This document shows, piece after piece, positions 36,701-49,200 of a DNA stretch of 64,000 nucleotides (the first letter of the stretch is position 1; each line of letters opens with the position of its first letter). Made by a program: the position numbers and the translations under genes. The notes beneath the pieces are model-generated. The model was not told the origin of the DNA. It saw only the letters and a list, made by a program, of their open reading frames with translations, and ran no database searches. Source of the DNA: Basidiobolus meristosporus CBS 931.73 (taxonomy: Eukaryota; Fungi; Basidiobolomycota); contig MCFE01000241.1 of NCBI GenBank assembly GCA_002104905.1, positions 54,262 to 118,261 of the forward strand, in the 5' to 3' direction.

Positions 36701-39700
36701 CACATCCTCAAAACTCACTTAGTATTGCCCATTATGTCTTGGCTCCAATGTTGCAAGAGGTATATATAGCTGTACTGCTTTATATTCCTCAGTCTGATGT
36801 ATACAGGTCTTGACTAACCAGCCTTGCCATGCATCGTGCCTTTTGGAAGTACTTCAAAATTTGTATGTGCAACATGCTGTAACCTGCCTATGCCATACCA
36901 TGGCCTATACTCATAGCTGATACTCAACCAACGTCTTATCCAATAAAACTCTAAGCTAATATATGGATATCATAAAAATTCCATTAGAATTTTCGCAGGG
37001 ATGGCTGCTGGGGAGATTTATTGCAGTAGAATTAGATTTGCATCCAGATCATGTCACTTGAAATGATTACTACTCAATACGAGTCCACGTGTTGGTGTAC
37101 TGAAAAGTGATCTCTAATCGGGACTTTTAATCAATCCAAGTTGGATTAGTTCCGAATTTTGCTGGGTATGCCAATTGTGCCCATCAGACCGTTTACCTGG
37201 AAGGATTCCGCGACCGATTTCAACTGAGCGCAGCATCCAGTTGTAACCAAAGCACAGCCTTGCTGGTTCTACTGGATGCATTAACACGTACGATCTGCTT
37301 GGCTCCAAATGAACCGAATGGCGTCCACGCGGATATGTGGTATATAGTGCATCTCAACTATGGGAGCTGGAACGATTCCATGCAAAGGTTCGGCTGGTGA
37401 ATCCAAACCAGTTCTGGCGGTGGCAAGTTGGCCTATGGAACAACGCGAGTCCTTTTTTTGGAAAAATACCAGAATGCTGGATAGCGGTGGCTGATACACG
37501 TGTGCTTAATCCACTGGAACTACTGGGAATATCGAAATGTTGACCGAGGGTTGCCGAAGTTGCATTGCGTGAAGATGATGGATGTGTTTATCTTTAGTTG
37601 GGTATGCGAATAGGTGAAGCTAGACATCCCTGTTCCAACGGTATTGAGTAAATCGGGACCCACGTACGACATCTACAGTTAAAGAAGCATCAGGAGGGAT
37701 GGATTATACGAGTCAAGAAATATGGAATCTAGTTTAGGTACGTGTTTGCACATGGAGTCCATTTAGGGGAGTGAGTGTAGTGGTGGACCGAAATGCTACG
37801 GAGAGCGCATGATATAAACATTCGTAGACTGCGAAAACCATGTAGTGTCGATATGAGGGAAACCGACAAGAGTGTCAGGTAATTGAGCGATGCACCCAAA
37901 AAGCCGGTTAAGTTGAAAGGATCCATTACTGGATTCGAGCAGGTATGTGCCGCTATCGAAAGACAGTCAAGCTTCCTCCCACGTAAGGGAACATCATTTC
38001 AGGAGTGAATTGTATTGTAAGATCGCTTAAAAAAGGTGCAATACATACAAATGCATTGTAGCAAAAGCATCCAGTAAGAGCAGAGTAGGCCGAGTCATCA
38101 TAGGGCTGAATTTCGACATACAAGGTGGCGCCCAACTGGAGCCTGGTTGTCAGATATGTGTACGCGCTCGTTGCATTGATTGGTATCGCATCAGCCGAGT
38201 GTACTGCGCGATGCAATACTACAGACTCGCCCCTAGCGTTCCATACCGAAAAAACCTTTCTCACCGAAAAGAGCCCCTTTGTTTGCTTGTTGGTACTTAA
38301 CCGGCCGCATGGATTCGGTTTCACCTGCCCGGAAATTGGCGAGACCCTTAAGTGATGGCAATCAAGCCAATTTCAGGAGCAAGAAATTGGGCGGTTTGCA
38401 TCTCAATCGCCTCGAATCAATTTGCTGGGTTACTTGGTAGTTGCATCCGAAAATAACCTTGCATCATGTATTAATAACTGATCGTGATTGTTGACGGTAT
38501 TAAATGGTTGATCTTGAACCTGCACCGAAGCCTGCTTACTGGACGCAGCAAACGACGGGCTTCGTAAACACGACATCATCGGCATCAAGATGACATTGTC
38601 AATACAAGCATCCATTAATCTACAAATGGCAACCATTCAGCTCATTTAATGCCTGCTGCCTCCGAAATCCGAATCTTCGCAATCTGCGGAGCTCACATGG
38701 CCATGCAGGAGCATAACGAAGATTGGCTTGTGTGGGCCAAGGGAAACTGGGGCAATCCGTTCAATGGGAAAATCCGTGGTGACTATCCAGTCAGGCACTA
38801 TCCAATAGATTGGGTCCAGCACTCACTAAAATTAGGTGAATCATTAAAGATCATATAAAGTCTTGGATCCTACTGGAAAATCCCCCATGTGATCCGGATG
38901 GTGTTAGATTGAATCATGTATTAGATTTCTTAAGGACATCAATTGATCTTTCGGGAGATACTTTGGGAACTCGTAAGCACACACTATAAACACTGATCCC
39001 TTGCAAGACACGACAGTGTAGCGGCCGACGTAGGCCATTCACTGAGTTCCACCATCGTCTGCATTCCTGCACCTGTCCTACACAAAACCTTAATAGAACT
39101 CGACCCATGATCATATTCAGCAGAGGTTTGAATCAATGGAGATCACCCACGATCATACACCGAATCCACAAGCTCGTAATTACAAAATCCGGTGCTATCA
39201 ACTTCCTATACTGGGAGGCATGTAGAGTTGTTGCATTGTGGAGATCGAACCATTTTAAAAATAGATCGATGAGCACAGCCAAACCCGGGGTCAGTGCGCT
39301 TGGTGGATAAGGTCTCTAGCCCCAACGCTGCTCTATGAGCCCTATGGCATCGGAAATGGTAGCCGGTTTCATGACTTCCATGGCATGTCTCGACTTGCAG
39401 ATTGGAGACATTGGTGCGTCTCCTCCTTGTACCAAGTCCCAGACGGGCGCCTGCTTGATTCGTCGCCTGCCAATGAACTGACGCTCGAAAGAGTTGCTGA
39501 ACTGGCGTGGAAGTGGCTGGGATAGCTGCCCCCAAAGCACCCTGTTTCGCAGGTGCGGGATTAGGTTTTAACCGCAATTTATTTGACTAGAATGGACTCC
39601 GTAAGCAATGTATGAAAAGCCTAGCCCGTTTACACAACACTATTCACACACTTCAAATTCCCACCATTTCTCTGGCGGGGGTACATCATGATCAAGATGG

Positions 39701-40297
39701 AGGATATTAATTGTCTATTTCGACTTGGGAAACCAGTAACTAACCTTATACATGCGCCTAGAGTAGCACCACTCCATTACAGCCAGGCTTGCAAAATGAG
39801 ACCAACCACGAATAGATCATTGGCTCTCGTGGATATACTGGAGTTTTGCTTTATCTATTCCCAATTTTGGCAATAATAACCTTGTGTTCCCAATTTGGTT
39901 CAGTGACAATCCAAACATGGGTATTGGAGAGTAGATCATTGTGACAGCAATTGTGCGATATCGCAACCTACACACGAATACAATACACTAATGAGCACCA
40001 ATAAGGCACAGCATTCCCTCTTGACGAATTGCTTCGAACACCTTCTGATCCTTTGGTTACTTACGGCATTATTGGTGGAAGCATGGTGTGTACACCCATA
40101 TTAGATATAATTGCTTCCACTTTGTTGGAACATGGCTTAGCCATTGAGTGTATTTAAGGCGAGCATTACTAGGGGTGTTGGGTATACAGTACATTGCATT
40201 TTTTACCATCGAGTTGGAAGAGTAATTTGCTTTAGATCATTGAACAACCCGAAGATTGAGCTTTGTGCGCATTCCTACAACTACTTCCTGAAGCAAT

Positions 40298-43200
40298 ATG
40301 CATACATTCCAAACTCCAAGCAAGCCCGCCCAGGTAAGGATTCGAAGTCTTGAGTGTCCGGCCATGTGGTTCACTGGGACGGCAGAGAATCGTGGCTCCT
40401 AACAAACGTGATTTCATTTTGCTAGACTTTAGAGAGCTACCGCAGCGATGTCAGTGACGATATCTTTGAAGACAATGCCAGCATCACGACAATTAACTCC
40501 ACGGGAAATCTAGAAAGGTAGGGGAGAAAGTGGTAATGGAATGATCTCCTGTGTATCTAAGCTAATGTTTCTATCAGTGAATTCGATGCTCCCATGTATC
40601 AAGCGCCATCAGAGTCTAGCTCAGAGACTACGCTTCACTCTGTTGAATCATACAACGAAAACAGAGGCTTGAAGATCCAAGACATTAATCAAAAGTACCA
40701 GGCGCCTGCAGGTGCCATCACACCTGTTTCTCGGGAAGCTGCTCTGCTTCCATCATATGCCCAAAAGCGTCTGTGGATTCTTGCCCAGAGCGATGCAGCC
40801 AGCTACGTCCACCATATGCAAACAGCATTCCGCCTGCGAGGCTCTCTCAATCATGATGCTCTGCAACGTGCTTTGAATACAGTGTTTACTAGGCATGAGT
40901 CACTTCGCTCGGTTTTTGTCACTGTTGACGGCCAGCCCGAAGTTCAACTATTGGATCCTAAATCTGGGTTACCAATGTTCACTTATGATCTTCGGGGAGA
41001 GCTAGATGTTGAAAGATGTCTTCAGGAGTTGCGTGCAAACGAAGTTCGGGTACCTTTTGACCTCATAACAGGTCCATTGATTCGCGCACAATTGATCCAA
41101 CTTGCTCACGATGATCATGTCTTCTTGCTGACACAGCATCACATTGTTACTGACGGTTGGTCCACGAGGCTGTTGATTCGTGAGCTGAGTGCACTATACA
41201 CAGCCTACCGCAATGATCAACCCGATCCATTGGTTCCACTCACCCTTCAGTACCCTGACTATGCAGCCTGGCAAAGAAAGTGGCTGAGTGGTGATAGGCT
41301 TCGGGAACAGTGCGAATTCTGGCGCACCGCACTCGCCGGGGCACCTGTGTCAATCACCCTGCCAACTGATCGGCCTCGTCCTTCTCGACAATCATTTGCA
41401 GGAGCTCGGATGCCAGTTCATGTGAATTCGCATACAACGTTCGCGCTTAAACAGCTAAGTCAGCAGAACGGAGTTACACTTTTCATGACACTTCTCGCTG
41501 CATGGAGTGTTGTGCTATCACGGCTTTCAGGACAAGACGATATAGTAATTGGTACGCCAAATGCCAATCGTAACCATCACGAGCTCGAGCAATTGATCGG
41601 CCTCTTTGTGAACACTCTGGTGCAACGGGTTGATCTTTCGGGTAATCCAAACGTGTCAGAGCTACTAAGGCGGATCCATCAATTTTCTGCAGCAGCTCAA
41701 GCACATCAAGATGTCCCATTCGACCAAGTAGTGGAGATTATGGACCAGAAATCACCTCTTCAGCTGATGTTCGGGTGGCAAAACAATGAAGTGGGGGAAA
41801 TGCACCTGCCTGGAATTAGTGTGGCACCTCAAGGGGTGAGCCATGGCGTTGCTACGTTTGACCTAAGCCTTGAGCTCCGCGAAGATAATGATGAAATTAT
41901 CGGCCATCTTGATTACTCAACTTCGATCTTTGATCGATCCACAATCGATAGACAGATCGGGTATTTCCTGGCCACGTTGCAAGCCATGTTTACCGATGCC
42001 ACACAGTCTATCATCAACATAAATTTACTTTCTTCTTCAGAACAAGAGCTTTTGCTGCAAAAATGGAACACTGCTGATGAGCCATACCCAAACCAATTAT
42101 GTATCCATCAATTGTTTGAGGATCAAGTTGCTCGCTCTCCCGATGCCATCGCTATTGTGTCGGAGTCTCAGACATTGACTTATACTCAAGTCAACGAGCG
42201 TGCTAATCGCCTCGCACATCGCCTCATTGATCTTGGAGTCAAACCGGATACTCTTGTTGCTCTCTGCGTTGAGCGATCCCCGGCGATTGTGATCGGTATA
42301 CTGGCCATCTTGAAGGCCGGTGGTGCCTACTTGCCACTGGATCCAGTGTATGCTAGTGAACGACTGAACGATATTATTTCCGATGCGTCGCCCTCCATTC
42401 TCTTGGCGGATAAGCATGGTCGCAATACTATTGGCGAGGAATCACTCGCTTCGCTAACTGTGATCGATCCCAACGCAGAGTTGGAGGGCTGCCCCTCTGT
42501 AAACCCACAGGTCTCTAGCCTGACCTTGGACAATCTCATCTATATCATCTACACCTCTGGATCCACCGGCAAGCCAAAGGGCGTGATGGTGAAGCATGCC
42601 CACGTCACCCGCCTGTTTGATACGACGGCTCCCTGGTACCAGTTCAACCAAAAGGATGTCTGGTGCTTGTCTCACTCCTACAGCTTTGACGTATCCGTGT
42701 GGGAGCTATGGGGAGCACTTCGCTACGGCGGAAAGCTGGTTGTCCCTAGCCAGAACGTGATCCGCTCGCCTGAAGATATGTACCGCTTGATCTGCGAGCA
42801 AGAAATCACCGTTCTGAATATGACTCCAAGCTCCTTCAAGCCGCTGATTGGTTGCCAAGCGCAGAGTGAACTCAGTGATCGGCTGCGCTTTGTGATCCTT
42901 GCTGGTGAAGCGCTGGAGCCAGCTATTTTGCAACCGTGGTACGCCACGCGCTCCGAGGATTCACCCAAAATAGTGAACATGTATGGGCCCACCGAAATCA
43001 CCGTGTACGCCACCTATCGCGTGATGAAGGCACAGGATTGCTCCCAAGCCGTCAGTCCCATCGGTGTCAGGCTTCCGGATCTGACCACCTATATTCTGGA
43101 TGCTCAGGGTCGCCCTGTGCCTTTGGGTGCTGTTGGGGAGCTGTGTATTGGTGGTGCCGGCGTCACTTGCGGATATCTTCACCGGCCAGAGCTGACGGCC

Positions 43201-46200
43201 GAAAAGTTCCCTCTTGACCCATTTAGCAAGAAACAGGGTGCCCGCATGTACAGGACTGGGGATCTTGTCCGATACTTGTCTGATGGCAGTATCATCTTCC
43301 TGGGTCGTAACGATGACCAAGTCAAGATCCGTGGATTCAGAATTGAGCTTGGTGAGGTTGAGGCACGTCTTGTTGACCATCCCCTCGTGAAGGAAGCAGC
43401 GGTGCTAGCCCTCGGCAATGGTACGGATAAGCGCCTGGTTGCCTATGTGGTCGCTGAGCAGAGCGAAGGTCTCGCTCATTTGCTGCATTCTCATGTTGCC
43501 GAGAAATTGCCGGACTACATGACACCAACAGCATATGTTCGCATGGACAGACTTCCACTGACAGCTAATGGCAAACTCGACCGTCGCGCACTTCCCGAGC
43601 CGGATAGAGACTCCCTTGTCAGTCAGACATACGAAGCCCCTGTGGGCGAGACGGAAACTGCCTTGGCACGCATCTGGGAGGAACTGCTCAACATCAAACA
43701 AGTTGGGCGCCATGACAACTTCTTCATGCTTGGTGGTCACTCTCTACTCGCTGTTCAGCTGATTGAGCGCCTTCATCACAATGGGCTGGGTCTGTCAATT
43801 CGTGCACTGTTTGAGACACCGACCTTGAGTGTACTTGCCCAATCTCTTAATTTAGACCCTATTGCAGTAGCAGCGGCGGCAGAAGCACCATCAAACCTCA
43901 TTATGCCTGACACTACTCAAATTACCCCGGAAATGCTACCACTCATCGACTTGACTCAGTGGGAAATCGACCATATCGTCAATCAAGTCGAAGGAGGAGT
44001 AAGTAATATCCAGGATATCTACGCTCTCACTCCATTGCAAGATGGTATGCTCTTCCATCACATCATGGCAACCAAGGGCGATCCTTACCTTATATATGTT
44101 ATCATGAATTTTGATAACAAAGCTATACTCGATCGCTACTTGGATGCTGTGCAGAAGGTAGTTGATCGCCACGATGTCTTACGAACGGGCATCATGTGGG
44201 AAGGTCTATCCAACCCTGCTCAGGTTGTATTGCGCCACGCGACACCCTTAGTTACCGAACTTGCATTGAACTCAGCAGATGGTCCAATTACCGAGCAACT
44301 CATAAGGCGCATTGATCCTCGTGAGCATCGTATAGACTTGACCCAAGCTCCATTGACTCGTTTCATCATTGCCCAGGATGCTGATGGTCGTTGGGTAGCT
44401 GCTCAATTGCTACACCATACGATTGGTGATCACTCCACTTTTGAAGAAATGAACCACGAAATTGAGGCATTCCTTGGAGGCCGAGGAGGTTTGCTGCCAG
44501 CACCATCTTCATTCCGTAATCTCATTGCACAAACACGCGCAGGACCAAGCGTAGAAGAACATGAGCAGTTTTTTACCAAGATGCTTAGCGGGATTGAGAC
44601 ACCTGCGTTACCGTTTGGACTTTCGGATGTTCATGGTGACGGTTTGAACATCACCGAAAACTACCGTTTGTTGCCTCAAAACCTGAATAATCGCCTGCGC
44701 AGCCTTGCCAAATCGCTGGGAGTCAGTCTTGCGAGTTTGTGTCATCTTGCATGGGCTGGGGTGGTTGCACGAACCAGCGGTCAACAACAAGTTGTGTTTG
44801 GTACTGTGCTCCTGGGACGTATGCAGGCTGGATCAGTGATAGATCGCGCAATGGGTTTGTTCATCAACACATTACCCATACGCATAGATATGGAGAATTC
44901 CAGTGTTGAAGATACTCTCCGCCAAACCCAAATTAGTTTGGCAGCCCTGCTTGAGTATGAGCATGCATCATTGGCAGTGGCACAGCAATGTAGTAGCGTT
45001 CCAGCCGGCATTCCACTTTTCAGTGCCGTGCTGAATTATCGCCATAACAACAAAAAACTCGCAGAAACCACAAAAATGGAGGGGGTAGAGTTCGGCCATG
45101 AACAGGAACGCACGAACTATCCATTCTTAATGAACGTTGAGGATTCTGGGGACTCTTTAGGCTTGACTGCCCAGATCATTCAGTCATTTGATTCGGCTCA
45201 CATCAACGAGTACATGCAGCAAGCGTTGCAAAATCTGGCCGATGCGTTAGAGTTCACCCCGAAGATGCCAGTTAACGAACTTGAAATAATGCCAGTGGAC
45301 GAGCGCAACCTGTTGCTTCATTCGTGGAACACAACTGACGAAATCTACCCGGACCAGTTGTGTATCCATCATCTCTTTGAGCAGCAGGTCTCTCGATCCC
45401 CCGATGCTGTGGCTATTGTGTATGAATCCGTAACCCTGACCTATGCTGAGGTCAACGCATGCGCCAATCGCCTGGCGCATCACCTCATCGCCGTTGGAGT
45501 CAGACCTGACACTCTTGTGGCGATCTGTGTGGAGCGCAGCCCGGCCATGGTCGTAGGCCTGCTGGCGATCCTGAAAGCCGGTGGTGCCTACGTTCCACTC
45601 GATCCAGTGTATGCAAGTGAGCGCCTTGGCCACATCCTCAAGGATGCGGCACCCATTGCTCTGCTTGCCGATGCAGCAGGCTGTGCCGCACTTGGCAAGG
45701 CTGCTATTGCTTCATTGACTGTGATTGACCCGAATGAAGTACCTGATTTGCCAGCCACCAACCCGCATATCCTTGACCTTACCTCCGAGCATCTTGCTTA
45801 TCTGATCTACACCTCTGGCTCCACTGGTACACCCAAGGGTGTAATGATTCCTCACAGCGGCGCGTGCAACTACTTGCACTGGGCAGTGCAAACGTACGCA
45901 CCTAAGCAAGGCTCTGTGGTATCATCATCACTCTCCTTCGACGCGACCGTTACCAGCTTGTGGACCCCGCTTCTTTATGGTAGCACTGTGACACTACTGA
46001 AGTCAGGCGATGAAATGGTGGCACTGGAAGCCTACGTGCGCCAAGCACAGGGTGAGGGCTTGCTGAAGATCACCCCAGCCCACCTTGACCTGATGGGTCG
46101 ACGCCTACAGGCAGATGGAGCGAAAACGCGAGTGGATACGTTCGTAGTTGGTGGAGAAGCGCTGAGTCCTTCGACAGTAGCACTTTGGCGCAGCATTCAG

Positions 46201-49200
46201 CCTGGTGTGCGGATAGTCAACGAGTATGGACCCACAGAAACAGTGGTCGGGTGTTCCGTCTACGACATGAGCACACCACTGGACCAGGCCATCAATGTCC
46301 CCATTGGCCGTCCTATTGCCAACACCCGACTTTACCTATTGGACTCGCACGGGAAGCCGGTACCACTCGGGGCTGTCGGTGAGCTTCATATCGGTGGAGC
46401 TGGTGTCGCACGCGGCTATTTAAACCGCCCCGACTTGACCGCCGAGCGATTCCTACCCGATCCATTCAGCGATAAAGAAGGTTGTCGCATGTACAAGACC
46501 GGAGACCTGGCTCGCTACCTGCCAGATGGCAACTTGGAATATCTAGGCCGTAACGACCACCAAATCAAGATCCGTGGATTCCGAATCGAGCCTGGTGAGA
46601 TTGAGGCTCGTCTCGTCGATCATCCTCTCGTCAAGGAAGCAGCAGTGCTAGCCCTGGGCGAGGGCACCGAGAAACGTTTAGTTGCATATGTGGTTGCTGA
46701 GCACAAGGAGGGCCTTGCTCATTTGCTCCGCACTCATGTTGCTGAGAAGCTGCCCGATTACATGACACCAGCAGCATTTGTTCGCCTGGATGAACTGCCG
46801 TTAACTCCAAATGGCAAGCTCGACCGTCGGGCACTTCCAGAGCCAGACAGCAGCTCTCTCGTCAGCCAGAAATACGAGGCACCAGTGGGCGAGATCGAGA
46901 TCGCCCTGGCTGCCATCTGGGAGGAGCTCCTTAGTATCGAACGAGTCGGTCGTCACGATAACTTCTTCATGCTTGGTGGCCACTCCTTACTTGCCGTGCG
47001 TTTGATGAATCGGGTCTCTGTTCTCGGTATACAGCTTCAGTTGACTTCACTATTCGCCTCACCAATATTGTCTGATCTTGCGAATGTGATTACTAAGCAG
47101 CTATCTCAAGAGGAGCAGGTGTTTGATAGTATCATGCCGGTATCTCGAGGAGCCGCTCTAATGCCATCTTTTGCTCAGCAACGTTTGTGGTTCCTAGCCC
47201 AAATGGAAGATGTCAGCGACATCTATCACATGCCAATGGCGCTCCGCCTGCGCGGTACTCTCGATCGATATGCATTGCAAGGCGCTTTAAATACCATATT
47301 TTCTAGACATGAGTCACTTCGCTCTGTCTTCGTAACCATTGAAGGCCAACCTCAGGTCCAAATCTTAAGCTCTGACTCTGGAATACCCATGCGTGTTCTT
47401 GAGCTTCAGGGCAAGCAAGATTTGGATAGATACGTTCGTGATTTGAGTGTGAATGAGGCTCATGCATCTTTTGACCTTGAACAAGGACCATTGATTCGTG
47501 CACAGTTGATCCAACTTGCTCACGATGATCATGTCTTCTTGCTAACACAGCATCATATTGTCTCGGATGGTTGGTCAATGGGACTGTTGACTCGTGAGCT
47601 GAGTGACCTCTACACAGCATTCCATAATGGTCTACCCGACCCATTAGCCCCACTTACCCTCCAGTACCCCGACTATGCCGCCTGGCAGAGAAAGTGGCTC
47701 AGCGGTGATAGGCTCCAGGAACAAAGCGAGTTCTGGCGCAATGCACTCGCCGGGGCACCTGTGTCAATCACCCTGCCAACTGACCGGCCTCGTCCTTCTC
47801 GGCAATCGTTTGCAGGAGCCCGGATGCCAATTCGTGTGGACTCGCACACAACATTGGCCCTTAAGCGCCTCAGTCAGCAGAATGGAGCAACATTGTTCAT
47901 GACTATCCTGGCAGCATGGAGTGCTGTGCTGTCGCGACTCTCAGGACAAGATGATATAATGATTGGCACACCAAGCGCCAATCGCAACCATCGCGCGATC
48001 GAGCAATTGATCGGATTCTTTGTAAACACCCTGGTTCTTCGCGTTGATCTTTCCGGTAATCCAAGCGGGTTGGAGCTACTGGAGCGTGTCCGTCAATTTG
48101 CAGTGGCTGCCCAAGCTCATCAGGATCTGCCGTTTGACCAAGTGGTGGAGATTACGAAGCCGCCTCGTAGAATGGATCAGACCCCACTCTTCCAAGTGAT
48201 GTTTGCTTGGCAAAATAATGACGAAGGTGAAGTACATCTACCGGGAATAGTGATGTCACCAGCCGAAGTGACCTATGATATTGTCAAGTTTGACCTGGAC
48301 CTTGAGCTGTACGAAGAGAATGACGAGATTATCGGCCATCTTGGGTACTCGACTGCCCTCTTTGAGCAATCCACCATCGAGAGACATATCGGATATTTGC
48401 AAACCATGTTGCAAGCTATAGCCACCGATGCCGGGCAGTCTGTCTCATCAGTGAATCTACTTTCTTCGTCAGAGCAAGAGCTTTTGCTTCATACATGGAG
48501 TACTACCGACAAACCATATCCCGACCATTTATGTATCCATCATCTCTTTGAGGAGCATGTTATTAGCTCTCCCGACTCTGTTGCCGTTGTGTATGAGTCT
48601 CAGTCACTGACCTATGCTGAGGTCAACGAGCGTGCCAATCGCCTCGCCCATCATCTCATTGAGCTCGGAGTTAAACCCGACAGCCTTGTTGCGATCTGCT
48701 TGGAGCGAGGTCCAGCTCTGGTAGTGGGATTACTTGCGATCCTGAAAGCAGGTGGTGCATATGTCCCTCTGGATCCGTCATATGCTAGCGACAGACTAAG
48801 GGACATAATCAGCGATGCTCAACCGGGTATCTTAATAGCCGATACTGTTGGTCAAACAGCACTTGGTGCTAGTGTACTCTCTTCGGTAACTTTATTGGAC
48901 CCACACACTTACTCAGACTATCCCTCCACCAATCCCGATGTCCCCGAGTTAAATTCACACCATCTTGCCTATGTAATTTACACCTCTGGCTCTACTGGTA
49001 AACCCAAGGGCGTCATGGTCGAGCATGAAGGGTTTGTAAACCTTATCAGAACAAGACCGGATGTCTATGGTATCAGACCCTCCAGTCAGGTTATGCAGTT
49101 CTTCTCTTTCAGCTTTGATGGTGGTGCCTTAGAAACCTTTATGGCCATTGGATTGGGTGCTAGCCTACATATGCTACCGGATTATATCCGACTTGATAGA

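Noticed and set aside
2540-36769. Short 60-130 aa ORFs in the repeat block as host genes
   Set aside because: Those I could place are off-frame or antisense pieces of decayed TE genes; none shows an intact host-protein motif.
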